A program made the position numbers and the translations under genes. A DNA stretch of 63,425 bases, filler included, from Octopus bimaculoides (lineage: Eukaryota): assembly GCF_001194135.2 (NCBI RefSeq). It is 5 parts of 4 records of this genome, joined end to end, with 100 filler letters (N's around TTAATTAATTAA, not from the genome) between each part and the next. Parts side by side here need not be neighbours in the genome. Positions count along the whole stretch, not along the records: positions 48,457 to 59,354 come from NC_069000.1; positions 59,455 to 63,425 come from NC_068982.1; 3 more parts are not named here. One strand, given 5' to 3'. The notes under the pieces were generated by a model. The model had not been told where the DNA came from, made no database searches, and worked only from the letters and a program-made list of their open reading frames with translations. This document shows positions 52,216 through 63,425 of this stretch, one piece after another (position 1 is the stretch's first letter; each line of letters begins with the position of its first letter).

Positions 52216-53105
52216 TATTTGGATAGATAGAAATGGTTATACTTCTGCACTACACAAAATATTGTAAGGATTTTTTTATGCAGCTCCTAATAATATTTCA
52301 CATAAATCTTAACAAAAATATCTCATATGGATCCCTCTCCCCGCTACTCTCATATAAACCTTACGAATCATTGGTTTACACGATGTCTCGACCTGTTTAA
52401 AAGCTGCAGCTAAATGACTCTCTAATCATGCTTTAAAAGCTTCAAAGGGAAAATAAACAAGAAAACGGACGTTTTGGATAATATCGGCGTAATTGAACGA
52501 ACCACGGACTGGTCACTTTTCATCACGCGTTTCCTTGACCAGAATTGACCCGGAGCTAAACAACAGTAACAACAACAACAACAACAACGTTGACTGATAC
52601 ATATTACATTCCACTGACCCTGGAGGAGAAGAAAGGAAACTTCGACGCAGACAGTCAAGTGAACCCAAGAGTTTTAAAAAATGAAAGGATGCCGCTTAAA
52701 GTATCACAATGCGTTTTGACCGCAGTTCTAACGATGCCGCCATTTACTGACCTCTGAATAGAAATGACATTACTAAGAATCTATGACTGAATTTTTAGTA
52801 TAGGATAAACTAGTTATTGTATAAGTTGATAATAACCAGGCACCTTGTAGTTCAATCTGTCTTTCATCGTCTCACTTAACACGATAAGAGTAGAATGTGA
52901 TATGACAGACGAAAACTGATAGCGTTTTTCAAATCAGAATCGCAGAAATTCAGAACAATAGGTGTCTTGTAGTTTTGTCAGCAAAATACAAGCTAAGTTA
53001 ACTCTTAAGTTTGTTGTGGTGTGTGTCTGGTGTATGTATATATGTGTATGTATATATGTAAGGTAGATCAATATGCGTGAATGGGTGTCTTTCTCTCTCT
53101 GTGTG

Positions 53106-53156
<51 letters not shown>

Positions 53157-53542
53157 NNNNNNNNNNNNNNNNNNNNNNNNNNNNNNNNNNNNNNNNNNNN
53201 NNNNNNNNNNNNNNNNNNNNNNNNNNNNNNNNNNNNNNNNNNNNNNNNNNNNNNNNNNNNNNNNNNNNNNNNNNNNNNNNNNNNNNNNNNNNNNNNNNNN
53301 NNNNNNNNNNNNNNNNNNNNNNNNNNNNNNNNNNNNNNNNNNNNNNNNNNNNNNNNNNNNNNNNNNNNNNNNNNNNNNNNNNNNNNNNNNNNNNNNNNNN
53401 NNNNNNNNNNNNNNNNNNNNNNNNNNNNNNNNNNNNNNNNNNNNNNNNNNNNNNNNNNNNNNNNNNNNNNNNNNNNNNNNNNNNNNNNNNNNNNNNNNNN
53501 NNNNNNNNNNNNNNNNNNNNNNNNNNNNNNNNNNNNNNNNNN

Positions 53543-53579
<37 letters not shown>

Positions 53580-53964
53580 CATACGTATAAGCATTAATAC
53601 GTGTGCATGTGCGTGTGTATGCATATATGTATATGAGTATTTTCAAATTGATGAGTGTTTGTGCATGTGTTTGCGCGCGCGCGTGTATGTGTGTGCGTGT
53701 GCACAAATGCGTAAATGAATAAACGAATGCATATACATGTACAGAACTGTATGCAATTAACATTATCTAATAATTAAATTATTCGCAATTTTTCCCAAAA
53801 ATCTACTCCGATATTTAATTAACGGTATGTAATAACTATAATAAACACATTTATGTGAAATAAATAGGTAATTAAGTTATTTTAGCGCTAGAACAGTATG
53901 ATGGCGAGACTAATTTGAAAAGACAGTATAGGTGGATGTTGGCAGTGTAAGAGATGAGGCATAA

Positions 53965-54110
53965 TTGATTCTATGGGGCAGTGAGCTGGCAGAATCGTTA
54001 ACACGCCCGGGCGAGATGCTTAACGACATTTCGCCTCTCTTTACATTCTGAATTCTAATTCCGCCAAGATCGACTTTGCCTTTTATCTTATGGGGGTTGA
54101 TAAAATAATG
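53965..54110 (+). mobile_element. SINE family A copy (sense)
   Basis: ggcagtgagctggcagaatcgttaacacgcccgggcg...ttctgaattctaattccgccaagatcgactttgcc. Confidence 0.7.
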
Positions 54111-55087
54111 GGATAACCAAAAGAAGGCAGTGCTTCCCTCTTGAGAGCAGTGGAAAGGTTGAAAAAAAGTGAGGCGATCATGGGGTGGCCAAAAGAAGGC
54201 AAAGGGTGTAAAGGCAACAATATAATGAGTTAAGTAGGTTAACTTCTATGAGTGAAATACAGTTGTTTTGAATTTGCTACGGAAAGTGGTCTATGTGTGT
54301 GGTGGTGAATGGGGGAGAGGCGCTAGAAATGTGGCCTGGGGTGCCAAGGGGGCGGCGGCCCGAAAGTGTTTGGGATCCACTCTTTTCATCATTTCAGCGT
54401 CGATAATATTTGTTCTGGCACTCCGCATTCGGAGTTCAATTCCCATCGAGAACCACTCAGCCTTTCATCCTGTGCGGTTTGAATAAAAGAGGAAGAAAAT
54501 ACTTTAATGCAACAATCGCGCACCAAGGCAGCAATCAGTGCGTCCATAAAGAATACAGTGACGTGCTGTTACAGCGCATGCATCCATACTACTGCTGCTA
54601 CTACTACTGCTGTTGCTGCTGCTACAACTACCACTACTACTACTACCATTACTACAACTAGTGCTACTACATGTGTGTGTATGTGTGAGTGTGCGTGTGT
54701 TTGTGTGCACTGGGTCAAGGGTGTGGGGAAGCAGACAGTGGGAGGTGTGGATCTGTTGCTGCTTGTCACTACATAGGAACCTAAAAATAATTAGAGAAGG
54801 TTTGGTATCTGCTACGAAATCCTTCTCGCTCGTGAGTGATGGCTGATTTTATTTTTGTGGTTGCTTTAGTTATTCATTTATTCATTTCGCTTGTTTGTTT
54901 GCATTTTTCTTCCTTTTACCTTTTCTTCTTTCGTTTTTTTTTTTCTTTTTTTTTTTTTTTTGTAATGTGATGAGCTTAAAGAAAACAGCAGGATAGGTTT
55001 ACAACTAAATGTAAAGTGGAATGTTTTTGACCTTTGCAAGCTTCATCTAGCTATCTATGTATCACTCATTTGCTCTCTTACCCCACC

Positions 55088-55168
<81 letters not shown>

Positions 55169-55824
55169 GTATATACATGTGTGTGTGTATGTGTGTGAGT
55201 GTGTGTATGTGTGCGTGTGAGTGGATGCGAGTGTATACAAGACAGAGATATACAAATAAATATATAGGCAGAGAGGTAGACAAACAGATAGCTAGAAACG
55301 TGTTAAAAACGTTTGGATTAATAACACAAGAAGATGGGTACGGTATGCATTACATAGGATGCGTACACACACGTACACACACATACATACACACGCACAA
55401 ACGCACATACAGACACACACTGCACACAAAGCACACACACAAACAACATATACATACACGCACACACAAACATACTTCAAACACCAGTTAAACACCTTTC
55501 TACTGACCATTCTCCTACGCACATGTGAAAGGAGACACACAACCGCTACTCCTACCAAAATTCTTACTATAAATTCTTCCTACGACCTTAAGCGACCCTA
55601 AGTTCAACCACACACATACAGAAGCACTCACAACCACACAAACACACACATACACACACACACACATCCTTCTCTTGCACTCTCCTGTCTTAGAAAGAAC
55701 TTTTTCTTCACCCATTCCTTCCGGTCATTTCAATATGTGACCGCGTGTGTATCATTGGCGATTTTCCTTCTCCGTCTTCCCTTCTTTTTATATATGTGTG
55801 TTTGTGTGTATGTGTTTGTCCCCC

Positions 55825-56010
55825 CCCCCCCCATCATCGCTTGACAACCGATGTTGGTGTCTTCACGTCCCTGTAACCTAGTGGTTCGGCAAAAGAGACT
55901 GAAAGAATGACTACTAGGCTAACGTAGAATAAGTCCTGGGGTCGATTTATTCGACTAAAGGAGGTGCTCCAGCATGGCCGCAGTCAAATGACTGAAACAA
56001 ATAAGAGAAT
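55825..56010 (+). mobile_element. SINE family B 3' module
   Basis: catcatcgcttgacaaccgatgttggtg...gctccagcatggccgcagtcaaatgactgaaac. Confidence 0.75.
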
Positions 56011-56082
56011 ACACACACACACACACACACATATATGTATGTATACATTTATATACATACATACATATATATATATATGTAC

Positions 56083-56135
<53 letters not shown>

Positions 56136-57844
56136 AAGTGTAGTATATTGCCACTTAAGTGTGGCTGACCCCTAGGGGTGGATGTTACTGTTGCTTTTAG
56201 CCCCAGGAGGACATCTCCTCCAGCTGGCTTATCGACACACGACTGTGTCCTGTTTGCCAAGGGAGTTATCCCTCTCACCACGGCCAGCAGCACGAACGTA
56301 TNNNNNNNNNNNNNNNNNNNNNNNNNNNNNNNNNNNNNNNNNNNNNNNNNNNNNNNNNNNNNNNNNNNNNNNNNNNNNNNNNNNNNNNNNNNNNNNNNNN
56401 NNNNNNNNNNNNNNNNNNNNNNNNNNNNNNNNNNNNNNNNNNNNNNNNNNNNNNNNNNNNNNNNNNNNNNNNNNNNNNNNNNNNNNNNNNNNNNNNNNNN
56501 NNNNNNNNNNNNNNNNNNNNNNNNNNNNNNNNNNNNNNNNNNNNNNNNNNNNNNNNNNNNNNNNNNNNNNNNNNNNNNNNNNNNNNNNNNNNNNNNNNNN
56601 NNNNNNNNNNNNNNNNNNNNNNNNNNNNNNNNNNNNNNNNNNNNNNNNNNNNNNNNNNNNNNNNNNNNNNNNNNNNNNNNNNNNNNNNNNNNNNNNNNNN
56701 NNNNNNNNNNNNNNNNNNNNNNNNNNNNNNNNNNNNNNNNNNNNNNNNNNNNNNNNNNNNNNNNNNNNNNNNNNNNNNNNNNNNNNNNNNNNNNNNNNNN
56801 NNNNNNNNNNNNNNNNNNNNNNNNNNNNNNNNNNNNNNNNNNNNNNNNNNNNNNNNNNNNNNNNNNNNNNNNNNNNNNNNNNNNNNNNNNNNNNNNNNNN
56901 NNNNNNNNNNNNNNNNNNNNNNNNNNNNNNNNNNNNNNNNNNNNNNNNNNNNNNNNNNNNNNNNNNNNNNNNNNNNNNNNNNNNNNNNNNNNNNNNNNNN
57001 NNNNNNNNNNNNNNNNNNNNNNNNNNNNNNNNNNNNNNNNNNNNNNNNNNNNNNNNNNNNNNNNNNNNNNNNNNNNNNNNNNNNNNNNNNNNNNNNNNNN
57101 NNNNNNNNNNNNNNNNNNNNNNNNNNNNNNNNNNNNNNNNNNNNNNNNNNNNNNNNNNNNNNNNNNNNNNNNNNNNNNNATATATATATATATATATATA
57201 TATACAAGCATACATAGATACACATTTACATATGAATAAGCACACGCCCAAATACCCAACGGGCACTGACCTCTGACCCAGCTCAATGCCATTTCTGCAT
57301 CCATTTTTACTGATGGTTTGACCTCTTGCCCCTCTCTCTCTCTCTCTCGTTGTTCATCAATCTGCTGCTACAGGACTTTAGCTGTCACATGATTCAAATA
57401 TCGCTTGTCTGTTGCACACAAAAGATTGATTCTGTGTATCCGGATCACTTCTAGAATATAATTACAATATTGGCGGGTCCCAGACAAAGTAAAAATAACT
57501 TGCCAGCCAATAAATAGTCATACTTTATACGTTAGGGTTTTCTTCTTTGTTTTCTTTTTCTTTTCTTTTATATTTGATCTTCTTTGGGCGTGGGTGGACG
57601 GTCGTATTCTTGTCTTGAGTGTTTCTTTAAAGAATAGCGTGCATCCATCCATGCATGTATGTATGTATGTTTGTATGTATGTATGTATGTATGTATGTAT
57701 GTATGTTATGTATGTATGCCTGTTTGCACAATACTCCTTATGAACTATCCGTATGTAAATGTAACTAAACATATCGGCATACAAATAGATAGAGAGAGAG
57801 GGGGAGAATGAGGGAGACAGATAGAGAGAGAGAGAAACAGAGAC

Positions 57845-57903
<59 letters not shown>

Positions 57904-57924
57904 CAAACAGACAGACAGACAGAC

Positions 57925-57987
<63 letters not shown>

Positions 57988-59454
57988 CAAACAGACAGAN
58001 NNNNNNNNNNNNNNNNNNNNNNNNNNNNNNNNNNNNNNNNNNNNNNNNNNNNNNNNNNNNNNNNNNNNNNNNNNNNNNNNNNNNNNNNNNNNNNNNNNNN
58101 NNNNNNNNNNNNNNNNNNNNNNNNNNNNNNNNNNNNNNNNNNNNNNNNNNNNNNNNNNNNNNNNNNNNNNNNNNNNNNNNNNNNNNNNNNNNNNNNNNNN
58201 NNNNNNNNNNNNNNNNNNNNNNNNNNNNNNNNNNNNNNNNNNNNNNNNNNNNNNNNNNNNNNNNNNNNNNNNNNNNNNNNNNNNNNNNNNNNNNNNNNNN
58301 NNNNNNNNNNNNNNNNNNNNNNNNNNNNNNNNNNNNNNNNNNNNNNNNNNNNNNNNNNNNNNNNNNNNNNNNNNNNNNNNNNNNNNNNNNNNNNNNNNNN
58401 NNNNNNNNNNNNNNNNNNNNNNNNNNNNNNNNNNNNNNNNNNNNNNNNNNNNNNNNNNNNNNNNNNNNNNNNNNNNNNNNNNNNNNNNNNNNNNNNNNNN
58501 NNNNNNNNNNNNNNNNNNNNNNNNNNNNNNNNNNNNNNNNNNNNNNNNNNNNNNNNNNNNNNNNNNNNNNNNNNNNNNNNNNNNNNNNNNNNNNNNNNNN
58601 NNNNNNNNNNNNNNNNNNNNNNNNNNNNNNNNNNNNNNNNNNNNNNNNNNNNNNNNNNNNNNNNNNNNNNNNNNNNNNNNNNNNNNNNNNNNNNNNNNNN
58701 NNNNNNNNNNNNNNNNNNNNNNNNNNNNNNNNNNNNNNNNNNNNNNNNNNNNNNNNNNNNNNNNNNNNNNNNNNNNNNNNNNNNNNNNNNNNNNNNNNNN
58801 NNNNNNNNNNNNNNNNNNNNNNNNNNNNNNNNNNNNNNNNNNNNNNATATATATATATATATATAACTATGTATATATATATATGTATGTGTGTGTGGGT
58901 GGCTGTGTGCATAAGAAATACAGTATGAGTAAACGCTTGCATGGGTCCATATAGATGTGTGTGTGTGTCTCTGTGTGTGTATGTAGGAATTTTGATAAAA
59001 GACCATTCGAGTGATTTGAATAGATCAATATAATACCAGAGATTGTAATATCGAATTAAAAGGAAATGAAAATAAAAGCAACTTAAAAATACAATACAAA
59101 AGACCACAATACCTCTGACGATGAAGAAATGGTTGCGACTGTTTTGTCGTTGTGGAGGAATCTTGATGACAATGGTAAAGATGGTGTTTAATGACCCGCT
59201 ACTGTATGAAGTATTTGTCGTATACAATGAGGCTGTCATGTAACACCCTGTGTTTCTTCTGTATATATGCGTGCGTATGCGCGTGTGTGTATCTATATAG
59301 ATATGCCCATATGTATGCGTGTGTGTGTGTATGTATATATATATATATATATATNNNNNNNNNNNNNNNNNNNNNNNNNNNNNNNNNNNNNNNNNNNNTT
59401 AATTAATTAANNNNNNNNNNNNNNNNNNNNNNNNNNNNNNNNNNNNNNNNNNNN

Positions 59455-59486
<32 letters not shown>

Positions 59487-60059
59487 TTCAGGCGTTCAAC
59501 CCATTTTAATTATATCAGTCAACTTACGTTTTATGATAATGAACATTACTTCTGGCAAAAATCTTTTCTGTTTCTACGTGTTTAAATTTTGGTTCTCTGA
59601 TAGAAGAGACTTTGACGAAATCTCGTCTAATGAAATTAAAACTTGTAGGTTGCTCACACATTGCCTGCTAATGAAGCTCAGTGTCACCATTTATGAATGA
59701 TAATCAAATTTTATGTGAAACTCATTCTTAAATTTTGAAATTATCGCGAATTTTCTTTGATAGTGTCTGGTATTTGACATCAAGATTTCTTTTTTCTCTT
59801 CCCCAACTAACAGCAAATTACATACACACGCGCGTGAGCATACGCACTTATATAAATGTATACAAACGTACATGCATACACACACACAAACACACATATA
59901 TAATAATACATACGTACATACGTACATACCTACCTACATACATACAAACATTAATACACACGTACGTACGTGCGTACATGCACACATACATATATACATA
60001 CGTACGTACAGACAGACAGACAGACATACATACATCCTTACACCGTTTACTTTTAACTA

Positions 60060-60267
60060 ATTTCAGTCGTTAGACTGTGAACCCGCATGAGGACCATCTT
60101 TGAGGGGTTTTCTCGAATTAATCGACGTCTGTAATTATATATCAAAGACTGATGCTTCTTCTATTTGTGTTTTGTCGAGCCGCTAAGTAAAAGGGTCACA
60201 GATGAAACCAACAATGATCATCAAGCGAGTTTGAGGAGACAATTAAAGAAACACACACATGCACACA

Positions 60268-60341
<74 letters not shown>

Positions 60342-60875
60342 CATATATATATATACGACGGGCTTCTCCACAGTTTCCGTCAACCAGTTCAGTCACAAGG
60401 CATTGATCGCCCATGGTGCTCCGCTGCTGAGTTGAACCCGAATCCAAGCGGTTGCATATCAAGCTTTCATATATATGCGCGCGCGCGTGTGTGTNNNNNN
60501 NNNNTGTGTGTGTGTGTGTGTGTGTGTGTAGGCGCAGGTGTGGCTGTGTGGTAAGTGGCTTGCTTCCCAACCACATGGTTCCGGGTTCAATCCCGCTGCA
60601 TGGTACTTTGGGCAAGTGCATTCTATTATAGATTCTGATCGACCAAAGCCTTGTGAGAGAAACCCGTCTTATATGTATATACATATGTGTGTCTGTCTGT
60701 CTGTCTGTCTGTATGTGTTTGTTCTCCACCGCCACCGCTTCACAAAGAGACCGATAGAATAAGTATTAGGCTTACAATGAATAAGTCTTGGCTCGTTTTC
60801 TTCCACTAACATCCTTTAAGGCGGTGCTCGAGCTTTGCCGTAATCAAGTGACTGAAACAAGTAAAAGAATAAATG
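60060..60875. mobile_element. Head-to-head pair of family B SINEs (- about 60060-60465, + about 60531-60875)
   Basis: Antisense cgacgggcttctccacagtttccgtcaacc...cacaaggcattg and sense ggcgcaggtgtggctgtgtggtaag...ctgaaacaagtaaaag. Confidence 0.7.
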
Positions 60876-60883
60876 AATATATA

Positions 60884-61065
60884 TATGAGGTCTGAGCAAT
60901 AGGTATCTGGATTGTTGCCATAGTAACGAAACTAAAGCACGCTGAGTGAAGCCGCTTGGAAACGATTGACCTTGAACTCTGCTGAGCATGCGCTCTAAGT
61001 TTTAATGTTCTAGCTCACTTCTGCAGTTTACAGCTTCGAAAAAGATGTGTAGGGTGTGAACGTCT
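60884..61065 (+). mobile_element. Mariner-like 5' terminal fragment
   Basis: TA|TGAGGTCTGAGCAATAGGTATCTGGATTGTTGCC resembles a mariner TIR adjacent to a TA run; no coding sequence retained. Confidence 0.45.
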
Positions 61066-61099
61066 ATCTTTCTCACTTTGTAGAATCGCATACATACAC

Positions 61100-61320
61100 T
61101 TATAGGACATGTCTGGGGAATTAGGTGGCCAGATGTTAGGGGTGATTTGGTTGCAGAAAATGTCTGACAGCCATAACTGGGTTCTCTTGCCTATGTGACA
61201 GGGTGAAGAGCCCTGTTACTAGACATAAAGTCTTGCAGCAGGCACCCTCTTGAGCCAGGGCAGCACTACCTCTAACAGACACTTGATGTAGGCCTCCATG
61301 TGAGAAAGATAGACGACAGA
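61100..61320 (-). mobile_element. DD37D transposase catalytic-region fragment
   Basis: IKCLLEVVLPWLKRVPAARLYV**QGSSPCHIGKRTQLWLSDIFCNQITPNIWPPNSPDM; same family as the 19 kb and 47.7 kb copies. Confidence 0.8.
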
Positions 61321-61365
61321 CATTCATATAAGATATATTCTCGAAACAGACAGAATTATGTATCT

Positions 61366-61438
<73 letters not shown>

Positions 61439-61499
61439 AATATCTATCTGCGATCACTAAACAAGATAGATATTTTTGTCTGTCGGTAACTTATATTTC

Positions 61500-62445
61500 A
61501 TTATTTATTTATTTATTTATTATTTTACTTCTCAGAGCGCTCGGAAGATTCTGTGAGAGTAGATAGCAGCCTGCTATCAGAGGTCTTGCAGGGTCTCTTT
61601 CTGCACATTATAAGCTTTGACAATTGGTTGTTAATTATCGTGGAAGACATTCAACATCCAAGTACCAATTTCAAAATCTTAGTTGTCCCCAACAGAGCCA
61701 TTTTGGGGCTTGCTCTGCTCTCCTCTCCTGTCAATACCGATTTCTCTGACGTGTTTCTCGACCTTGGTTGTTAGTGCTTCGAGTGCCCCTACAACTGTTG
61801 GAGTGGCAAACACTCACCTCATAGTCCACCTTCTTGAAATTTCATCTTTTAGTAGTCTGTACTTTACAATCTTTTCTAGTTTTTTGTCATTTATAGGCGT
61901 AGGAGTGGCTGTGCGGTAAGTAGCTTGCTTACAAACCACATGGTTCTGGGTTCAGTCCCATTGCGTGGCACCTTGGCAAGTGTCTTCTACTATAGCCTCG
62001 GGCCAACCAAAGCCTTGTGAGTGGATGTGTTTACGTCCCCGTAACTTACCGGTTCGGCAAAGTGACCGATAGAATAAGTACTAGGCTTACCAAGAATAAG
62101 TCCTGGGGTCAATTTGCTCGACTAAAGGCGGTGCTCTAGCATGGCCGCAGTCAAATGACTGAAACAAGTAAAAGAGTAAAAGAGTATACGTGCATCCACA
62201 GGTATTGCAATATCTATAATCTTGTTTTTTTTTTTTACCTTTTATCTACCACGGTATCTGGTCTCCTAGCCTCGATTAGGGAATCCCATTGGATTGTAAA
62301 ATCCCACAGTATCTTATATTCCTTATTCCCTTTGACTCCTTCTGGTTCATGTTCGTGCCATTTCTGCACTCCATCTTGGCCGTACTTTTCAGATAGCCTC
62401 CAGTGGACGAACTTAGCCACGTTATCGTGCCATCTTTTGTAGTGC
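61500..62445 (-). mobile_element. RLE-type non-LTR retrotransposon (HERO/NeSL-like) 3' fragment, interrupted by a SINE
   Basis: YKRWHDNVAKFVHW...KWHEHEPEGV...YKILWDFTIQWDSLIEARRPDTVVDKR...IIDIAIPVDAR|[SINE]|INDKKLEKIVKY..LKDEISRRW...VVGAL; PD-(D/E)xK endonuclease. (AAAT)n tail near 61500-61525. Confidence 0.85.
61896..62184 (+). mobile_element. SINE family B inserted into the RLE LINE, TATA duplication
   Basis: TATA at 61892-61895 and 62185-62188. Removing the SINE and one TATA restores the LINE frame D-A-R-I-N-D. Confidence 0.88.
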
Positions 62446-62447
62446 TT

Positions 62448-62591
<144 letters not shown>

Positions 62592-63284
62592 TTTTGGTTT
62601 ACTTTTAATTTCCATGTTTGTTACAATCACTTGTAGAGACATACCCAACGTTTTCATTATTATTATTATGGTAGGTTTTAGTTTCCATTTCTTTTCATTG
62701 TTAGTTATAAAGTAAATGAATGCAAAAATAAATACATAAATAACTAAACAAACAAACATTTGTATAGTAAAATATTAGTACAGTAAAACTAAACAGAATA
62801 GTAGCAATGTAATTTTAGCAGTACCTATCTAGGATGTGCATCTAGTATTTATTTCTTACTTTCTTCGTATGTGTTTCCATCCATGTACGAGTTTAATCGT
62901 TACACCAGCTTCGCAATCTTTACTTTACTTTCTATAGTACTGACACAACATTGAATGATTAATTTCGCTTCATTCTGAAAGCATATTCCTGCAGTGGCAG
63001 GTGTTGCCAAAAAGTGGACCGAAAACAATTTTGGTGCTATTCATCACTCTGGATAGGCAAGTATGATAATGATAGGCAGTTGATATTTTAACGATGTAGA
63101 GATACTAAACGATGTATAATGGTTTGCATTTATTACATGAAGTTCACTTACTTTCGTGAAGCAAACGTTTTCGATAAATCACTAGATTAAGTAACGCTGT
63201 TCAAAACAGCAGCAGAATTTGACGTAAACAGCTTTCCCGCTACATATATAAGTGTATCTATTTCTGTACTATTGTTTTCAAATT

Positions 63285-63400
63285 TTGGCACAAGGCCAGC
63301 AACATTTTTGAGAGTGGAAAGGTCGATTTCATCGATCCCAGTGTTTGACTGGTAGTTATTTTATCGACCTTAAAAATAATGAAAGGCAAAGTCAAGGTTA
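63285..63400 (-). mobile_element. SINE family A fragment
   Basis: ggcacaaggccagcaac...gtcgatttcatcgatcccagtg...ggcaaagtcaagg. Confidence 0.65.
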
Positions 63401-63425
63401 CATTATATATATATATATATATATA

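Noticed and set aside
59113-59239. Minus-strand ATG-initiated segment ending at a possible GT donor (MTASLYTTN...FFIVR)
   Set aside because: Weak donor, no homology or signal peptide recognised.

Overview
AT-rich eukaryotic genomic DNA, dense in microsatellites and fragmented by many N gaps. The repeat landscape suggests a coleoid cephalopod such as Octopus (inference, not verified). The only host gene I can support is the first coding exon of a nicotinic acetylcholine receptor (Cys-loop) subunit on the minus strand (5618-5821). It encodes a signal peptide plus the N-terminal ligand-binding domain up to a conserved phase-0 intron; later exons lie left of the window or in gaps. The rest is intron or intergenic sequence. 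It holds a processed RPL31 pseudogene, DD34D mariner and DD37D (maT-type) transposon relics (one nested in another), LINE fragments (RTE, I-like, RLE/HERO-like), a Penelope GIY-YIG fragment, a palindromic MITE and many tRNA-derived SINE copies. The most unusual signal is a set of minimal type-I hammerhead-ribozyme-like motifs in at least three different repeats (9.2, 20.6-20.8 and 48.5 kb). One lies in a TSD-bounded composite with a tRNA/Pol III SINE head. No prokaryotic features or CRISPR arrays. Nearly all long ORFs in the supplied track are gap or microsatellite artefacts. Repeat boundaries are approximate unless a TSD or TIR is quoted.
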